Part shown: one piece after another, positions 29,883 through 38,841 of the stretch
Layout of the letters: each line of letters begins with the position of its first letter
Position numbering within the stretch: the first letter of the stretch is position 1
Origin: Candidatus Marinacidobacterium sp.
Lineage (GTDB): Bacteria; Acidobacteriota; Vicinamibacteria; Marinacidobacterales; Marinacidobacteraceae
Direction of reading: 5' to 3'
DNA length: 64,000 nucleotides
Assembly (NCBI GenBank): GCA_965204755.1
Contig: OZ242011.1
Span: 3,520,001-3,584,000, forward strand
Position numbers and translations under genes: made by a program
Notes under the pieces: generated by a model
Seen by the model: the letters and a program-made list of their open reading frames with translations, nothing else
Databases searched by the model: none
Told to the model about the DNA's origin: nothing

Positions 29883-32330
29883 TCAGTAGCGGAAGTCCAA
29901 CTCGACGCCGACTTCCCGGGGCGCCCCGGCGCGGCCGAAGGCGCCGAGGCGCGGGTCGCTCGGCGCCCAGGCCTCGACCAGGTAGTCCTCGTCCAGCAGG
30001 TTCCGCCCGTAGGCGAAGACCCCCCAACCGCCCCTCCGGTAGCCGAACCGGGCGTTGACCAGCGCGCGCCCGGGAACCCGGAACCGGGGATCGTTGTCGG
30101 CGGCGGAGAAGGACTCGCCCTGCGCCCCGACTTCCGCTCGCCCCGACCAGGATTCCGCGAAGCGCGCGGAGAGCCCGGCGAGCAGCGACCAGCGCGGCGC
30201 GTGGGGGAACTCGTTGCCGGTGAAGTCCCGGTCGGCGTCCCGGAATTCGTCGAACCGGGTCCGGAGCAGGCCGACGGAGGAATAGACCTGCAGTCCGGGG
30301 CGGAGCCAGTACCCGGCCTGCGCTTCGGCCCCGGTCAGCGTGGACTCCCCGGCGTTCACCGTCAGGGTGTCCACGGCCAGGCCCAGGTCGGTCAGCACCC
30401 GCACCTGCTGCGCGCTCCAGTCGGAGAGGAAGAAGTTGGCGTGGAGGAACCAGCGGCGGTCGGGCGCGCCGGCCCGGAGCGCCAACTCGTAGTTGTCGGT
30501 GAACTCCGGGTCGAAGTCGCTGACCTGCTGGCTCAGCACGGCCACCGAACGCCCTCCGGCCCGGTAGCCCCGCTGCCAGGACGCCGAAGCGGAGAACGCC
30601 GGGGTGAACGCCCGGGTCAGCGCCGCCTTCGGCAGGAACGCGCGGTAGGACGTTTCCACGACCTCGCCGGAAGAGGGCGCGGGCGGGAACGCCGGGAGGG
30701 GCGGGTCGGAGACGACGCCCTGGATGTTCTCGGTCTCGCGGCGCTCGTCGTCGTAACGGGCGCCCAGCGTCACGGTCCACGCGTCGGACAGTTCCAGGTC
30801 CGCCTCCCCGAACAGCGCGGCGTTCCGGGTCCGCTCGTCGGTCGAGAAGAACGAAGTCAGCGTGAAACCGGGGGGCAGGCCGGCGAGTTCCCCGGGCCCG
30901 GCGGCGTCCGCCCGCAGGCGGTCGTCGAGGTCCGCGTAGTGGAACCCGAGGACGCCGCGCCGCCGGCCGCCGCCTTCGTAGCGCAGGAGCAACTGCTGGG
31001 TCGCCCACCGGTCGTCGGTGGTGTAGTCGAGGACGCCGGCCGGGGCGGGAGACCCGTCGAGGTCCTCTTCGCGCCGGTAGTCGTGGGCGTAGAGCGTGGA
31101 GACGGACTCGAGGGTGAGGGTGTCCGTCCACCGGTAGCCCAGTTCGAGGACCCCGAACCGGTGGCGCGAGCCGTCGTCGGCGGGATGGTCGGACAGGTTG
31201 ACCCGCTCGGCGGGGAAGCGCGACGCCAGGATCCGCGAGTCGCCCCCCCGGCTGTCCGTCCGGGCCACGGTGAGCAGCCCGCGGAGCCGGGGCGTGGGGT
31301 CGAACCGCAGTTTGGCGCGCAGCGTCTCGGCGGTGCGTCCGTCGTAGTCCTCCTCGCCCCGGGTCGGGGCGCTCACGAACCCGTCGCCCTCCCGCCGGTC
31401 GAAGGCGACGCGGAGCGCGGCGCGGCCTTCGACGAGCGGCACATTGGCGACCCCGGAGACCTGCCTCGCCGCCGCGTTGCCCAGGCGGACGCGGCCCCGG
31501 AAGCCGGTTCGGTACTCGGGATCGGCGGTGCGCAGCACGATGGCCCCGGCGAGGGCGTTCCGGCCCTGCTGGGTGGACTGCGGGCCCCGGAAGATCTCCA
31601 CGCGGTCGAGGTCCCAAGTGCTGAACGGCCCGAAGAACGACCCCTGGTACCCCTGCACCGCGGCGCCGTCCACCTGCGCGCTCAGGAGAAGGCCGCTTCC
31701 GGAGCCGAAACCGCTCTGGCTCACGCCGCGAATGAGGAAGCCCCGGACATCGGAGGACGAGGACGCATTCGGCGTCATCGCCACGAGTTGGTGGAGGTCG
31801 GCCTCCGTCCCGGTGGCCAGCCGCTCCCGGTCGGCCACCGCCACGCTCACCGTGGTCTCCCCGAGACCGCGCTCCACCCGCTGCCCGGTTACGACGATCC
31901 GTTCCGCGAAAGCGAGGTCGAGGGCGACGGCGAGGCGGACTTCCCCCTCGCCGGCCACGGTGAATTCCTCCGTCGCCTCGGCGAACCCCGGCCGCGAGAC
32001 GGTCAGCCGATGCGCCCCCTCGGGAACGGAGTCGAAGCGGAAGACGCCGGCGGCGTCGCTCTCCGCTTCGCGGACTTCCCCGCTCTCGAGGGAGAGGGTC
32101 ACGGCCGCGCCGGCGACCGGAAGGCCCTGCGGCCCGGTGACTTCGCCGGCGAGACTCCCGAAGGCGCCGGCGGGCGCCGCGCGGACGGTTCCGGGACGGG
32201 CAGCCGCCGCTCCGGCGGCGACCGGCAGCAGCAGGAGCGCCGCCGGGAGCGCCGCCCCGAGGGCGGTTGCCCGTCGCCGGCGGCGCCGTCGTCCGGGGAG
32301 AGGTATGCGGGCAGGCGGGGTGGCGGCCAT
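29883..32330 (-). CDS. TonB-dependent receptor with N-terminal carboxypeptidase-regulatory-like domain
   Basis: Likely start MAATPP... (ATG at 32330), then signal peptide, SLAGEVTGPQGLPVAGAAVTL domain, TonB-box-like ERIVVTGQR, plug motif DLDRVEIFRGPQSTQQGRNALAGAI, and C-terminal GAPREVGVELDFRY. The longer ORF-track start overlaps coxG. Confidence 0.9.
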   Translation of the reverse strand: MAATPPARIPLPGRRRRRRRATALGAALPAALLLLPVAAGAAAARPGTVRAAPAGAFGSLAGEVTGPQGLPVAGAAVTLSLESGEVREAESDAAGVFRFDSVPEGAHRLTVSRPGFAEATEEFTVAGEGEVRLAVALDLAFAERIVVTGQRVERGLGETTVSVAVADRERLATGTEADLHQLVAMTPNASSSSDVRGFLIRGVSQSGFGSGSGLLLSAQVDGAAVQGYQGSFFGPFSTWDLDRVEIFRGPQSTQQGRNALAGAIVLRTADPEYRTGFRGRVRLGNAAARQVSGVANVPLVEGRAALRVAFDRREGDGFVSAPTRGEEDYDGRTAETLRAKLRFDPTPRLRGLLTVARTDSRGGDSRILASRFPAERVNLSDHPADDGSRHRFGVLELGYRWTDTLTLESVSTLYAHDYRREEDLDGSPAPAGVLDYTTDDRWATQQLLLRYEGGGRRRGVLGFHYADLDDRLRADAAGPGELAGLPPGFTLTSFFSTDERTRNAALFGEADLELSDAWTVTLGARYDDERRETENIQGVVSDPPLPAFPPAPSSGEVVETSYRAFLPKAALTRAFTPAFSASASWQRGYRAGGRSVAVLSQQVSDFDPEFTDNYELALRAGAPDRRWFLHANFFLSDWSAQQVRVLTDLGLAVDTLTVNAGESTLTGAEAQAGYWLRPGLQVYSSVGLLRTRFDEFRDADRDFTGNEFPHAPRWSLLAGLSARFAESWSGRAEVGAQGESFSAADNDPRFRVPGRALVNARFGYRRGGWGVFAYGRNLLDEDYLVEAWAPSDPRLGAFGRAGAPREVGVELDFRY

Positions 32331-32379
32331 TCGCCGGGGAGGATAGAAGTACGCGGGGGGTTCGGCCCGGGTCGTCCCG

Positions 32380-32385
32380 TAGAAT
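32380..32385 (+). promoter_or_regulatory. -10 box TAGAAT, 6 nt before the coxG ATG (leaderless promoter)
   Basis: TAGAATccgggaATG with no Shine-Dalgarno. Confidence 0.6.
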
Positions 32386-32391
32386 CCGGGA

Positions 32392-32847
32392 ATGGAAATC
32401 CAGGGCACCGAAATCGTCGCCGCGCCCCGCGAGAAGGTGTGGCGGTTCGTGACCGACGCCGAGTCGGTCGGAGCGTGCACTCCCGGCGTGGAGTCGGTGC
32501 GCGTCCTGGAGCCGGGTCGGAAGTTCGAGGTGGTGGGCGGCGTGAATCTCGGAACGGTGGCGCTCAAGGCGACGACGGTCTTCGAGTGGACGGACCTGGT
32601 GGAACTCGAAGAGGCCCGGATGACCATGCGGGGGAAAGGCCCGGGCACGACCATCGACGGCGTGAGCGAGTTGCGCCTGCGGGATGCCGACGGCGGCACC
32701 GCGCTCGACTGGAAGGGGACCGTGAAAGTGCGGGGGCCGGTCGCGGCGATGGCCGCCCGGCTGCTCCAGCCGGTGACCGAGCGCGTGCTTCGCGAGTTCT
32801 TCGCCGCCGTCAAGTCGAAGATCGAGTCGTCGGCGGAGACCGACTGA
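32392..32847 (+). CDS. CoxG/SRPBCC family protein
   Basis: MEIQGTEIVAAPREKVWRFVTD...VGACTPGVESV, the typical CoxG N-terminus. No coxLMS nearby. Confidence 0.85.
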   Translation: MEIQGTEIVAAPREKVWRFVTDAESVGACTPGVESVRVLEPGRKFEVVGGVNLGTVALKATTVFEWTDLVELEEARMTMRGKGPGTTIDGVSELRLRDADGGTALDWKGTVKVRGPVAAMAARLLQPVTERVLREFFAAVKSKIESSAETD

Positions 32848-32917
32848 CCCCTCGCGCCCTCCCGCCCGCGGCGCCGCCGCGGCCTCCGGGAAGCCATCGC
32901 AAGAGAGGAACAGGGCC

Positions 32918-34177
32918 ATGATCCACTACGGAGACAGCGACCTCCGATCCGTCGGGACCGTCCGCCGCCGCCCCGCGCGGCCGTATCGGGTGATCGTCGG
33001 CGCCGCCGCGGCAGCGCTCTGGGCCTCGGTCGGCGCCGCCGCGCAGACCCCGTACTTCCCGGAGCGCCACGAATGGCTGACCCGGGCGCCGGCGGAAGCC
33101 GGCTTCGACCCCGCGGCGCTCGAAGAAGCGATGGACTTCGCCTCGGCGTCGGAGTCGGACGCTCCGCGCGACCTGGCGCTCAACCACGAGTTGACCTTCG
33201 CCCGCGAGCCCTTCGGGAGCCGGATCGGTCCCACGACGGTGCGCGGCGCCCTCAGCGGGATCGTCGTCCGGGGCGGTTACCTGGTGGCCGAGTGGGGCCC
33301 CGCCGAGAAGGTGGACATGACCTTCAGCGTCTCCAAGACCTTCCTCTCCACCGCGGTGGGCCTGCTCTACGACGACGGCCTCATCGCCTCGGTGGACGAC
33401 CGGGTGGGGCCGTACATGCCCGACGACGAACTGTTCGGGGCCGAGCACAACCGCCCGATCACCTGGGACCACCTGCTGCGGCAGACCAGCGACTGGCAGG
33501 GGACGCTCTTCGGCAAACCCGACTGGGCGGACCGGCCGGTGGGCGACCACCCCTTCGAGTACCCGGACCGGCCGATGCACGAGCCCGGAACCCACTACAA
33601 GTACAACGATGTCCGGGTGAACCTGTTGGCTCTGGCGGCGCTCCAGGTGGCGCGCGAGCCGCTTCCGGTACTGCTCCGCGAGCGGATCATGGATCCCATC
33701 GGCGCCTCGAACCGCTGGAGGTGGCACGGCTACGAGAATTCCTGGGTCATGGTGGACGGCCGCCGGATCCAGTCGGTCAGCGGCGGCGGCCACTGGGGCG
33801 GGGGAATGCACATCAGCGCCCGCGACTTGGCGCGCTTCGGGCTCCTGTTCCTGCGCGGGGGCCGGTGGAAGGGCGAGTCCCTGATCTCCGAGGAATGGAT
33901 CGCGATGGCCCGGACGCCGGGAGAAGTGAATCCCGGTTACGGCTACATGAACTGGTTCCTGAACCACCCGGTGGACCGGGACGGCGAACTCGCGAAATCC
34001 GTCCCGGCGGCGCCGGATACGGCGGTCACCTTCCGCGGCGCCGGCAGCAACATCGTCTATGTGGACCGGGAAAACGACCTGGTGGTCGTCGTCCGCTGGA
34101 TCCGGGGAGACGCGGTGGCCCCGTTCCTCGAACGCGTCCTCGCCGCGCTCGATTCCGGAGCGACGGACGGACGCTGA
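32918..34177 (+). CDS. Exported serine hydrolase, beta-lactamase class C/penicillin-binding family
   Basis: SxxK motif (FSVSKT), HLLRQTS, PGTHYKYND, GGGMHISARDLARFG. Ala-rich signal peptide. Confidence 0.88.
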   Translation: MIHYGDSDLRSVGTVRRRPARPYRVIVGAAAAALWASVGAAAQTPYFPERHEWLTRAPAEAGFDPAALEEAMDFASASESDAPRDLALNHELTFAREPFGSRIGPTTVRGALSGIVVRGGYLVAEWGPAEKVDMTFSVSKTFLSTAVGLLYDDGLIASVDDRVGPYMPDDELFGAEHNRPITWDHLLRQTSDWQGTLFGKPDWADRPVGDHPFEYPDRPMHEPGTHYKYNDVRVNLLALAALQVAREPLPVLLRERIMDPIGASNRWRWHGYENSWVMVDGRRIQSVSGGGHWGGGMHISARDLARFGLLFLRGGRWKGESLISEEWIAMARTPGEVNPGYGYMNWFLNHPVDRDGELAKSVPAAPDTAVTFRGAGSNIVYVDRENDLVVVVRWIRGDAVAPFLERVLAALDSGATDGR

Positions 34178-34226
34178 ACGCCCTCGCCGGCGCTCCGGCG
34201 CGGCGGGGCCCGCGGGCGGCGCCCCG

Positions 34227-34235
34227 TGCTACGAT
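34227..34235 (+). promoter_or_regulatory. Extended -10 promoter (TGcTACGAT) upstream of tRNA-Val
   Basis: TGnTAnnnT 17 nt before the tRNA 5' end. Confidence 0.55.
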
Positions 34236-34252
34236 CCTTCGCCGCATCGGTC

Positions 34253-34327
34253 AGGCGCGTAGCTCAGGGGGAGAGCGCTACCTTGACACGGTAGAAGTCG
34301 GCGGTTCAAATCCGCCCGCGCCTACCA
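34253..34327 (+). tRNA. tRNA-Val(GAC)
   Basis: Acceptor AGGCGCG/CGCGCCT, D arm GCTC..GAGC, anticodon stem CTACC/GGTAG with loop TT-GAC-AC, T arm GGCGG-TTCAAAT-CCGCC, discriminator A and encoded CCA. Confidence 0.97.
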
Positions 34328-34517
34328 CCCAGCGCGCCGTCGGGGGTTCCCGATGGGGGTTCCCGATCGGGCGGCCCCGCCGTGTCCGGAGGGCGGCCCG
34401 TCCGCGGGTCGGCGGCTTCGATCCGCGGCCGGTCCGCGGAACCCCGGCGTCCGCATCGCGTTACTCGCCCTCTCCGGCCCTTCGCTTCGGCAAAAAGACA
34501 CCGCTCTTCCAGGAAAC

Positions 34518-36422
34518 ATGACCACCGATCCCGTTCGCCTCTCGCTGCCGGACGGGGTGAGTCTCGAGATACCCGCCGGGGCGCCGCTCGCCGAAGCCGC
34601 CCCGAAGACCGCGGTGGCGGCCATCTTCGCCGGCCGGGAAGTGGACCTCGCGTTCCGCCCGGAAGAAGACGGCGAAGTGGAGTTCCTCACGGCGGAGGAC
34701 CCGCGCGGCCTGTATGTGTTCCGCCACAGTTCCGCGCACCTGCTCGCCGCCGCCGTCAAGGAGGTCTTTCCCGACGCGCAATACGGCGTGGGGCCGCCGA
34801 TCACCGACGGCTTCTTCTACGACTTCCGCGTTGACGAACCGTTCACCACCGAGGACCTCGAGCGGATCGAAAAGCGCCTGCGGGAACTGGTGAAACGGCG
34901 CCTGCCGTTCGAGCGCGAGCACCTGAAGAAGGAGGAAGCGATCCGCGTTTTCGAGGAGCAGAACGAACCGTTCAAGGTGGAACTCATCCGCGAGAAGGGG
35001 GACGAAACGGTTTCCTGTTACCGCGTCGGGAACTTCTTCGACTTCTGCGACGGGCCCCATGTGCCGCACAGCGGGGTGGTCCGGGCGGTCAAGGTCCTCT
35101 CGAGTTCCAACGCCTACTGGAAGGGCGATGCCGACGGCATCCCGATGCAGCGCATCTATGCGACGAGTTTCACCGACCGGAAGGAACTCGCCGCGCACCT
35201 CCACCGCCTCGAAGAGGCGAAACGTCGGGACCACCGGCGCATCGGCAAGGACCAGCGCCTGTTCCTGATCGCCGAAGAGGCGCCGGGGCAGGTGTTCTGG
35301 CTGCCGGCCGGCATGGGGATCGTGAACCGCCTGGTCGAAACCATGCGGGAGAAACTCGACCGGCGCGGCTACCAGGAGATCCGCACGCCGCTCGTGCTCA
35401 GGGAGACGGTCTGGGAGCGCAGCGGGCACCTCGACCACTACCGCGACAACATGTTCTTCGTCGAGTCGGACGAGTCACGCTACGGGCTGAAGCCGATGAA
35501 CTGTCCGGGAGCGGCGCTGGTGTACCGCTCGGACATCCGTTCCTACCGGGACCTGCCGCTGCGCTTCTCCGAGTTCGGGCACTGCCACCGTTTCGAACCC
35601 TCGGGCGTGCTCTCCGGCCTCACCCGCGTCCGGGCTTTCACTCAGGACGACGCCCACATCTACTGCCGACTCGACCAGGTCGAGGCGGAAATCCTGGGAA
35701 TGATGGAGTTGGTCTCCGAGGTTTACGGCGACTTCGGTTTCGAGGACATCCGGGTGGAACTCTCCACCCGCCCGGAGAAGTCGGTCGGCGGGGACGCGGC
35801 CTGGGAATCGGCGGAAGCGGCCCTCGCCTCCGCGCTTGCGGCCTCGGGCCTCGACCACGCCCTGAACCCCGGCGACGGGGCGTTCTACGGCCCGAAGATC
35901 GACTTCCATGTCCGGGACGCCCTCGGCCGGTCGCACCAGTGCGCGACGATCCAACTCGACTTCTCGCAGGCCGACGCCTTCGACCTGACCTACGCGGCGG
36001 AATCCGGCGGGCGGGAGCGCCCGGTGGTGATCCACCGCGCCATCCTCGGATCGGTGGAGCGGTTCTTCGCGCTTCTGGTCGAGCACACCGCCGGCGCGTT
36101 CCCGGTGTGGATCGCTCCGGCGCAGGCGCTGATCGCCCCGATCGCCGACCGGCACCGGGAGGCGGCGAGCGGCCTCGCCGGGCGGCTCTCCGCCCGCGGG
36201 CTGCGCGTGGAGGTGGACGACCGCCGGGAGAAGATGGGCTACAAGATCCGGCAGGCGGAACTCCGGCGCATCCCCTTCATGCTGGTCTTCGGGGACCGGG
36301 AACAGGAGGAGGGCGTCCTGACCGTCCGCACCCGGGGAGTCCGGGAGCAGGAGACGCTCACCGAAGCGGAATTCGCCGAGCGGCTGGAGGCCCTGGTCGC
36401 CTCCAGGGCGCCGACTCCTTGA
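34518..36422 (+). CDS. thrS: Threonine--tRNA ligase
   Basis: FRHSSAHLLA, DFCDGPHV, RDHRRIGK, KPMNCPG, RVRAFTQDDAH, GDGAFYGPKID, HRAILGSVERF. ATG at 34518 after AGGA. Confidence 0.97.
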   Translation: MTTDPVRLSLPDGVSLEIPAGAPLAEAAPKTAVAAIFAGREVDLAFRPEEDGEVEFLTAEDPRGLYVFRHSSAHLLAAAVKEVFPDAQYGVGPPITDGFFYDFRVDEPFTTEDLERIEKRLRELVKRRLPFEREHLKKEEAIRVFEEQNEPFKVELIREKGDETVSCYRVGNFFDFCDGPHVPHSGVVRAVKVLSSSNAYWKGDADGIPMQRIYATSFTDRKELAAHLHRLEEAKRRDHRRIGKDQRLFLIAEEAPGQVFWLPAGMGIVNRLVETMREKLDRRGYQEIRTPLVLRETVWERSGHLDHYRDNMFFVESDESRYGLKPMNCPGAALVYRSDIRSYRDLPLRFSEFGHCHRFEPSGVLSGLTRVRAFTQDDAHIYCRLDQVEAEILGMMELVSEVYGDFGFEDIRVELSTRPEKSVGGDAAWESAEAALASALAASGLDHALNPGDGAFYGPKIDFHVRDALGRSHQCATIQLDFSQADAFDLTYAAESGGRERPVVIHRAILGSVERFFALLVEHTAGAFPVWIAPAQALIAPIADRHREAASGLAGRLSARGLRVEVDDRREKMGYKIRQAELRRIPFMLVFGDREQEEGVLTVRTRGVREQETLTEAEFAERLEALVASRAPTP

Positions 36423-36433
36423 CCTCCGGCGGC

Positions 36434-36471
36434 CGTTCGGTTCGCGGCGGGCGCCGCTCCCGGAGCGGCGC
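36434..36471 (+). repeat. Short remnant of the 29615-29839 repeat family plus a GC hairpin after the thrS stop
   Basis: CGTTCGGTTCGCGGCGGGCGC versus CGTTCGGTTTCGCGGCGGGGCGC at 29673-29695. Hairpin GCGCCGCTCC-C-GGAGCGGCGC. Confidence 0.55.
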
Positions 36472-36474
36472 GGA

Positions 36475-36504
36475 TTGCAAAATCGGCGGGCCAGTGGTGA
36501 TAAT
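36475..36504 (+). promoter_or_regulatory. Putative sigma70 promoter for infC
   Basis: TTGCAA-N18-GATAAT. Confidence 0.5.
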
Positions 36505-36537
36505 CCCGGATTCCGCAACCACCTGCGGAGGTGATCC

Positions 36538-37251
36538 ATCGAAAATTCGCTCCGAGTAAACGACCGCATTCGCGCGCAGGTCGTCCTCGTCATCGGCGAG
36601 TCGGGCGAGAAACTCGGCGAACGGGCGCTGGAAGAAGCGCTCGGCCTGGCTCGGGACCGCGGCCTCGATCTCGTCGAGATCGTGCCGGACCGGGTCCCGC
36701 CGGTCTGCAAGATCATGAACCACGGCCGGTTCGTGTACCAGCAGAGCAAGAAACTGCAGGAGAACCGGCGGCACCAGCGTCAGAACCAGGTCAAGGAAGT
36801 CAAGTTCCGCATCATCATCGGCGTGCACGACCGGGAAACGAAGATGCGGCAGATCCGGCGCTTCCTCCACGAAGGGCACAAGGTCAAGGCCACGATCTGG
36901 TTCAAGCGGGCGCGCGAGCGCAGCCACCGGGAGATCGGCGACCAGATCCTCGACGAAGTGACCGAGGAACTCCGCGAGGTGGCTTCGGTGGAGTCGCGGT
37001 CAAGCATGGTCGGGAACCAGATGAGCATGATCCTGAGCCCGGCCCGCCGGCTGCTCGACGCGCTCCGCACCGGGCGCACCGGCCGCGCCGGGGAGGACGC
37101 CGCGCCGAAGCCGCGCCGCGCCGCCCGGGAGGCCGCGGCGGCGAGCGCGGCGCCGGCGGCGGAGTCGGACGGCCGGCCCGCCGCGGGCCCGGTCGAGCCC
37201 GAGCCGGCGGCCGCGCTCGCCGCCGCGCCGGGAAGCGCGGCTTCCCGCTGA
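36538..37251 (+). CDS. infC: Translation initiation factor IF-3, non-canonical ATC start, Ala/Pro-rich C-terminal tail
   Basis: SD GGAGGTGA at 36527-36534, then ATC GAA AAT... (IENSLRVNDRIRA...GLDLVEIV..PPVCKIM; VKEVKFR...GHKVKATI). In frame with the track ORF 36682..37251. Confidence 0.93.
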   Translation: MENSLRVNDRIRAQVVLVIGESGEKLGERALEEALGLARDRGLDLVEIVPDRVPPVCKIMNHGRFVYQQSKKLQENRRHQRQNQVKEVKFRIIIGVHDRETKMRQIRRFLHEGHKVKATIWFKRARERSHREIGDQILDEVTEELREVASVESRSSMVGNQMSMILSPARRLLDALRTGRTGRAGEDAAPKPRRAAREAAAASAAPAAESDGRPAAGPVEPEPAAALAAAPGSAASR

Positions 37252-37273
37252 GCCCGGCGCGCCGCTCCCGTTA

Positions 37274-37318
37274 GAGTCCCCGTTTCCCGGAGTCCCCGTT
37301 CCCCGGAGTCCCCTCCCT
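37274..37318. repeat. 16-bp tandem repeat (~2.7 copies) in the infC-rpmI spacer
   Basis: GAGTCCCC at 37274, 37290 and 37306. Confidence 0.8.
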
Positions 37319-37343
37319 GCCGCCGCAAACCCTTGCCGAGACG

Positions 37344-37538
37344 ATGAAGATCAAGCGAAAGACCCACCGAGGCGCCGCCAAGCGCTTCTCGAAGACCGCC
37401 TCGGGCCGCGTGCGCCGCCGCCGCGCCTACCACAGCCACATCCTGACCAAGAAGTCCTCGAAGCGCCGCCGCCGCCTGCGCAGCGGCTCCTGGGTGTTCC
37501 GGGGCGAGGCGAAGAACATCGCCTCCATCATCGGCTGA
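37344..37538 (+). CDS. rpmI: 50S ribosomal protein L35
   Basis: [16 protein letters not shown]...[15 protein letters not shown]; position after infC. Confidence 0.96.
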   Translation: MKIKRKTHRGAAKRFSKTASGRVRRRRAYHSHILTKKSSKRRRRLRSGSWVFRGEAKNIASIIG

Positions 37539-37557
37539 GACCGGGGAGCGAGAGGCC

Positions 37558-37926
37558 ATGTCACGCGTCAAGAGGGGAACGCACCGGCGGGACCGCCGCC
37601 GCCGCGTCCTGAAACTCACCCGCGGCTACCGCGGGATGCGGGGCTCGCTCTACCGCCACGCGAAACAGGCGGTGGATCGGGCGCTCTCCTACGCCTATCG
37701 GGACCGCCGCCGGAAGAAGCGCGACTTCCGCCGGATCTGGGTCACCCGCATCAGCGCCGCGGCCCGCGAGCGGGGGCTCCCCTACGCCCGCTTCGCGCAC
37801 GGCCTGTCCGTGGCCGGAGTCGGCGTCTCGCGCAAGCAGTTGGCGGAACTCGCCGTCCACGATCCCGGCGCCTTCGACCGGCTGGTGGACACCGCCCGCG
37901 CCGCCCTCGACGACCGGTCGGCCTAG
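37558..37926 (+). CDS. rplT: 50S ribosomal protein L20
   Basis: MSRVKRG...YAYRDRRRKKRDFRRIWVTRISAAAR. Confidence 0.97.
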   Translation: MSRVKRGTHRRDRRRRVLKLTRGYRGMRGSLYRHAKQAVDRALSYAYRDRRRKKRDFRRIWVTRISAAARERGLPYARFAHGLSVAGVGVSRKQLAELAVHDPGAFDRLVDTARAALDDRSA

Positions 37927-37972
37927 GCGGGTCGGCCTCGAGTCGGAGCCGCCGGCGGCCCGAACGGAACCG

Positions 37973-38554
37973 GTGCCCGAACCGCCGGCCTCCGGGGCGC
38001 CCGAGGCGGAGGCGGCGGACACCCGCGCCGCGTTCTCCGAAGCGGCGGCCGCCGCGCGCGGCCTGATCCCCGAACTCGAGCGGCTGGCGGTTCGCGCGCG
38101 CCGGCGAAGGCAGCAGGCGGACGAAGAGCGCGGCCGGGCGGAGGCGGCGGAGGCCGCCCGACGGGAGGCGGAGTCGGCCCAACGCGAGGCCGAGTCGGCC
38201 AAACGCGAAGCGGAATCGGCCCAACGCGAAGCGGAGTCGGCGCAACGCGAGGCCGAGTCGGCCCAACGCGAAGCGGAGTCGGCCCAACGCGAAGCGGAAT
38301 CGGCCCGCACCGCCGCCGAGGGCCGGGAGGCCTCCGAAACGGAGAAGCGCGAGGCGGCCGAGGCGGACTCGCAGGAGCAGCGCTCCCGCGCCGACCGGGC
38401 GCTCTCGGCGGTGCAGGTTCTCCGGGAAGAGCGCGCCGAGGCGCGCCGGGCGCTCGCGACCGTGTTGGACGAGCCGGGCGCGGGCCAACCGGGCGCGGGC
38501 GAGCCGGGCGCGGGCCGGCCCGAGCGGTCGGAACCGGCCGGAGCCGCTTCGTGA
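37973..38554 (+). CDS. ZapB-like coiled-coil protein with heptad repeat expansion
   Basis: All-helical composition, C-terminal LREERAEARRALATVL, stop overlaps the zapA start (GTGA). Start codon uncertain. Confidence 0.6.
   Translation: MPEPPASGAPEAEAADTRAAFSEAAAAARGLIPELERLAVRARRRRQQADEERGRAEAAEAARREAESAQREAESAKREAESAQREAESAQREAESAQREAESAQREAESARTAAEGREASETEKREAAEADSQEQRSRADRALSAVQVLREERAEARRALATVLDEPGAGQPGAGEPGAGRPERSEPAGAAS
38162..38308 (+). repeat. 7 x 21-bp in-frame tandem repeat (REAESAQ)
   Basis: CGSGARGCSGARTCGGCS-CAA/AAA/CGC repeated seven times. Confidence 0.95.
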
Positions 38555-38841
38555 GCCGCACCGTCTCCGTCGAGGTGGACGGCAAGACCTACCTGCTCGC
38601 TTCGGACGAGGACGGGCCGGATCTCGCCGCGGTGGCGCTCCTCGTGAACGAGCGCCTCGCCGCCATCCGCAAGGCCTCCCCGACGATTTCGACGGAACGC
38701 TCCGCGATCCTCGCCGCCCTCAACCTCGGCGACGAACTGCTCCGGGAGCGCGCCGCCGGCCGCGAAGGGGCCGCCGCCGTCGCCGGGGCGGTCGCCGAGG
38801 TGCGGGAGCGCCTCGCCGGGCTGCTGGAAGAGGAGGCGTGA
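38551..38841 (+). CDS. zapA: Cell division protein ZapA
   Basis: VSVEVDGKTYLL...VALLVNERL...RSAILAALNLGDEL. Confidence 0.85.
   Translation: MSRTVSVEVDGKTYLLASDEDGPDLAAVALLVNERLAAIRKASPTISTERSAILAALNLGDELLRERAAGREGAAAVAGAVAEVRERLAGLLEEEA

Noticed and set aside
32392-32847. Carbon monoxide dehydrogenase cluster
   Set aside because: Only an isolated CoxG/SRPBCC gene; no coxL/M/S.
32331-32897. 1004-aa version of the TonB receptor
   Set aside because: The extension is antisense to the well-supported coxG. The signal peptide begins at ATG 32330.
34253-34517. Prophage or genomic island integrated at tRNA-Val
   Set aside because: No integrase or cargo; thrS follows within 190 bp.
38162-38308. 21-bp repeats as a mini-CRISPR
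   Set aside because: Head-to-tail units without spacers; variation is mostly synonymous, so this is a protein repeat.
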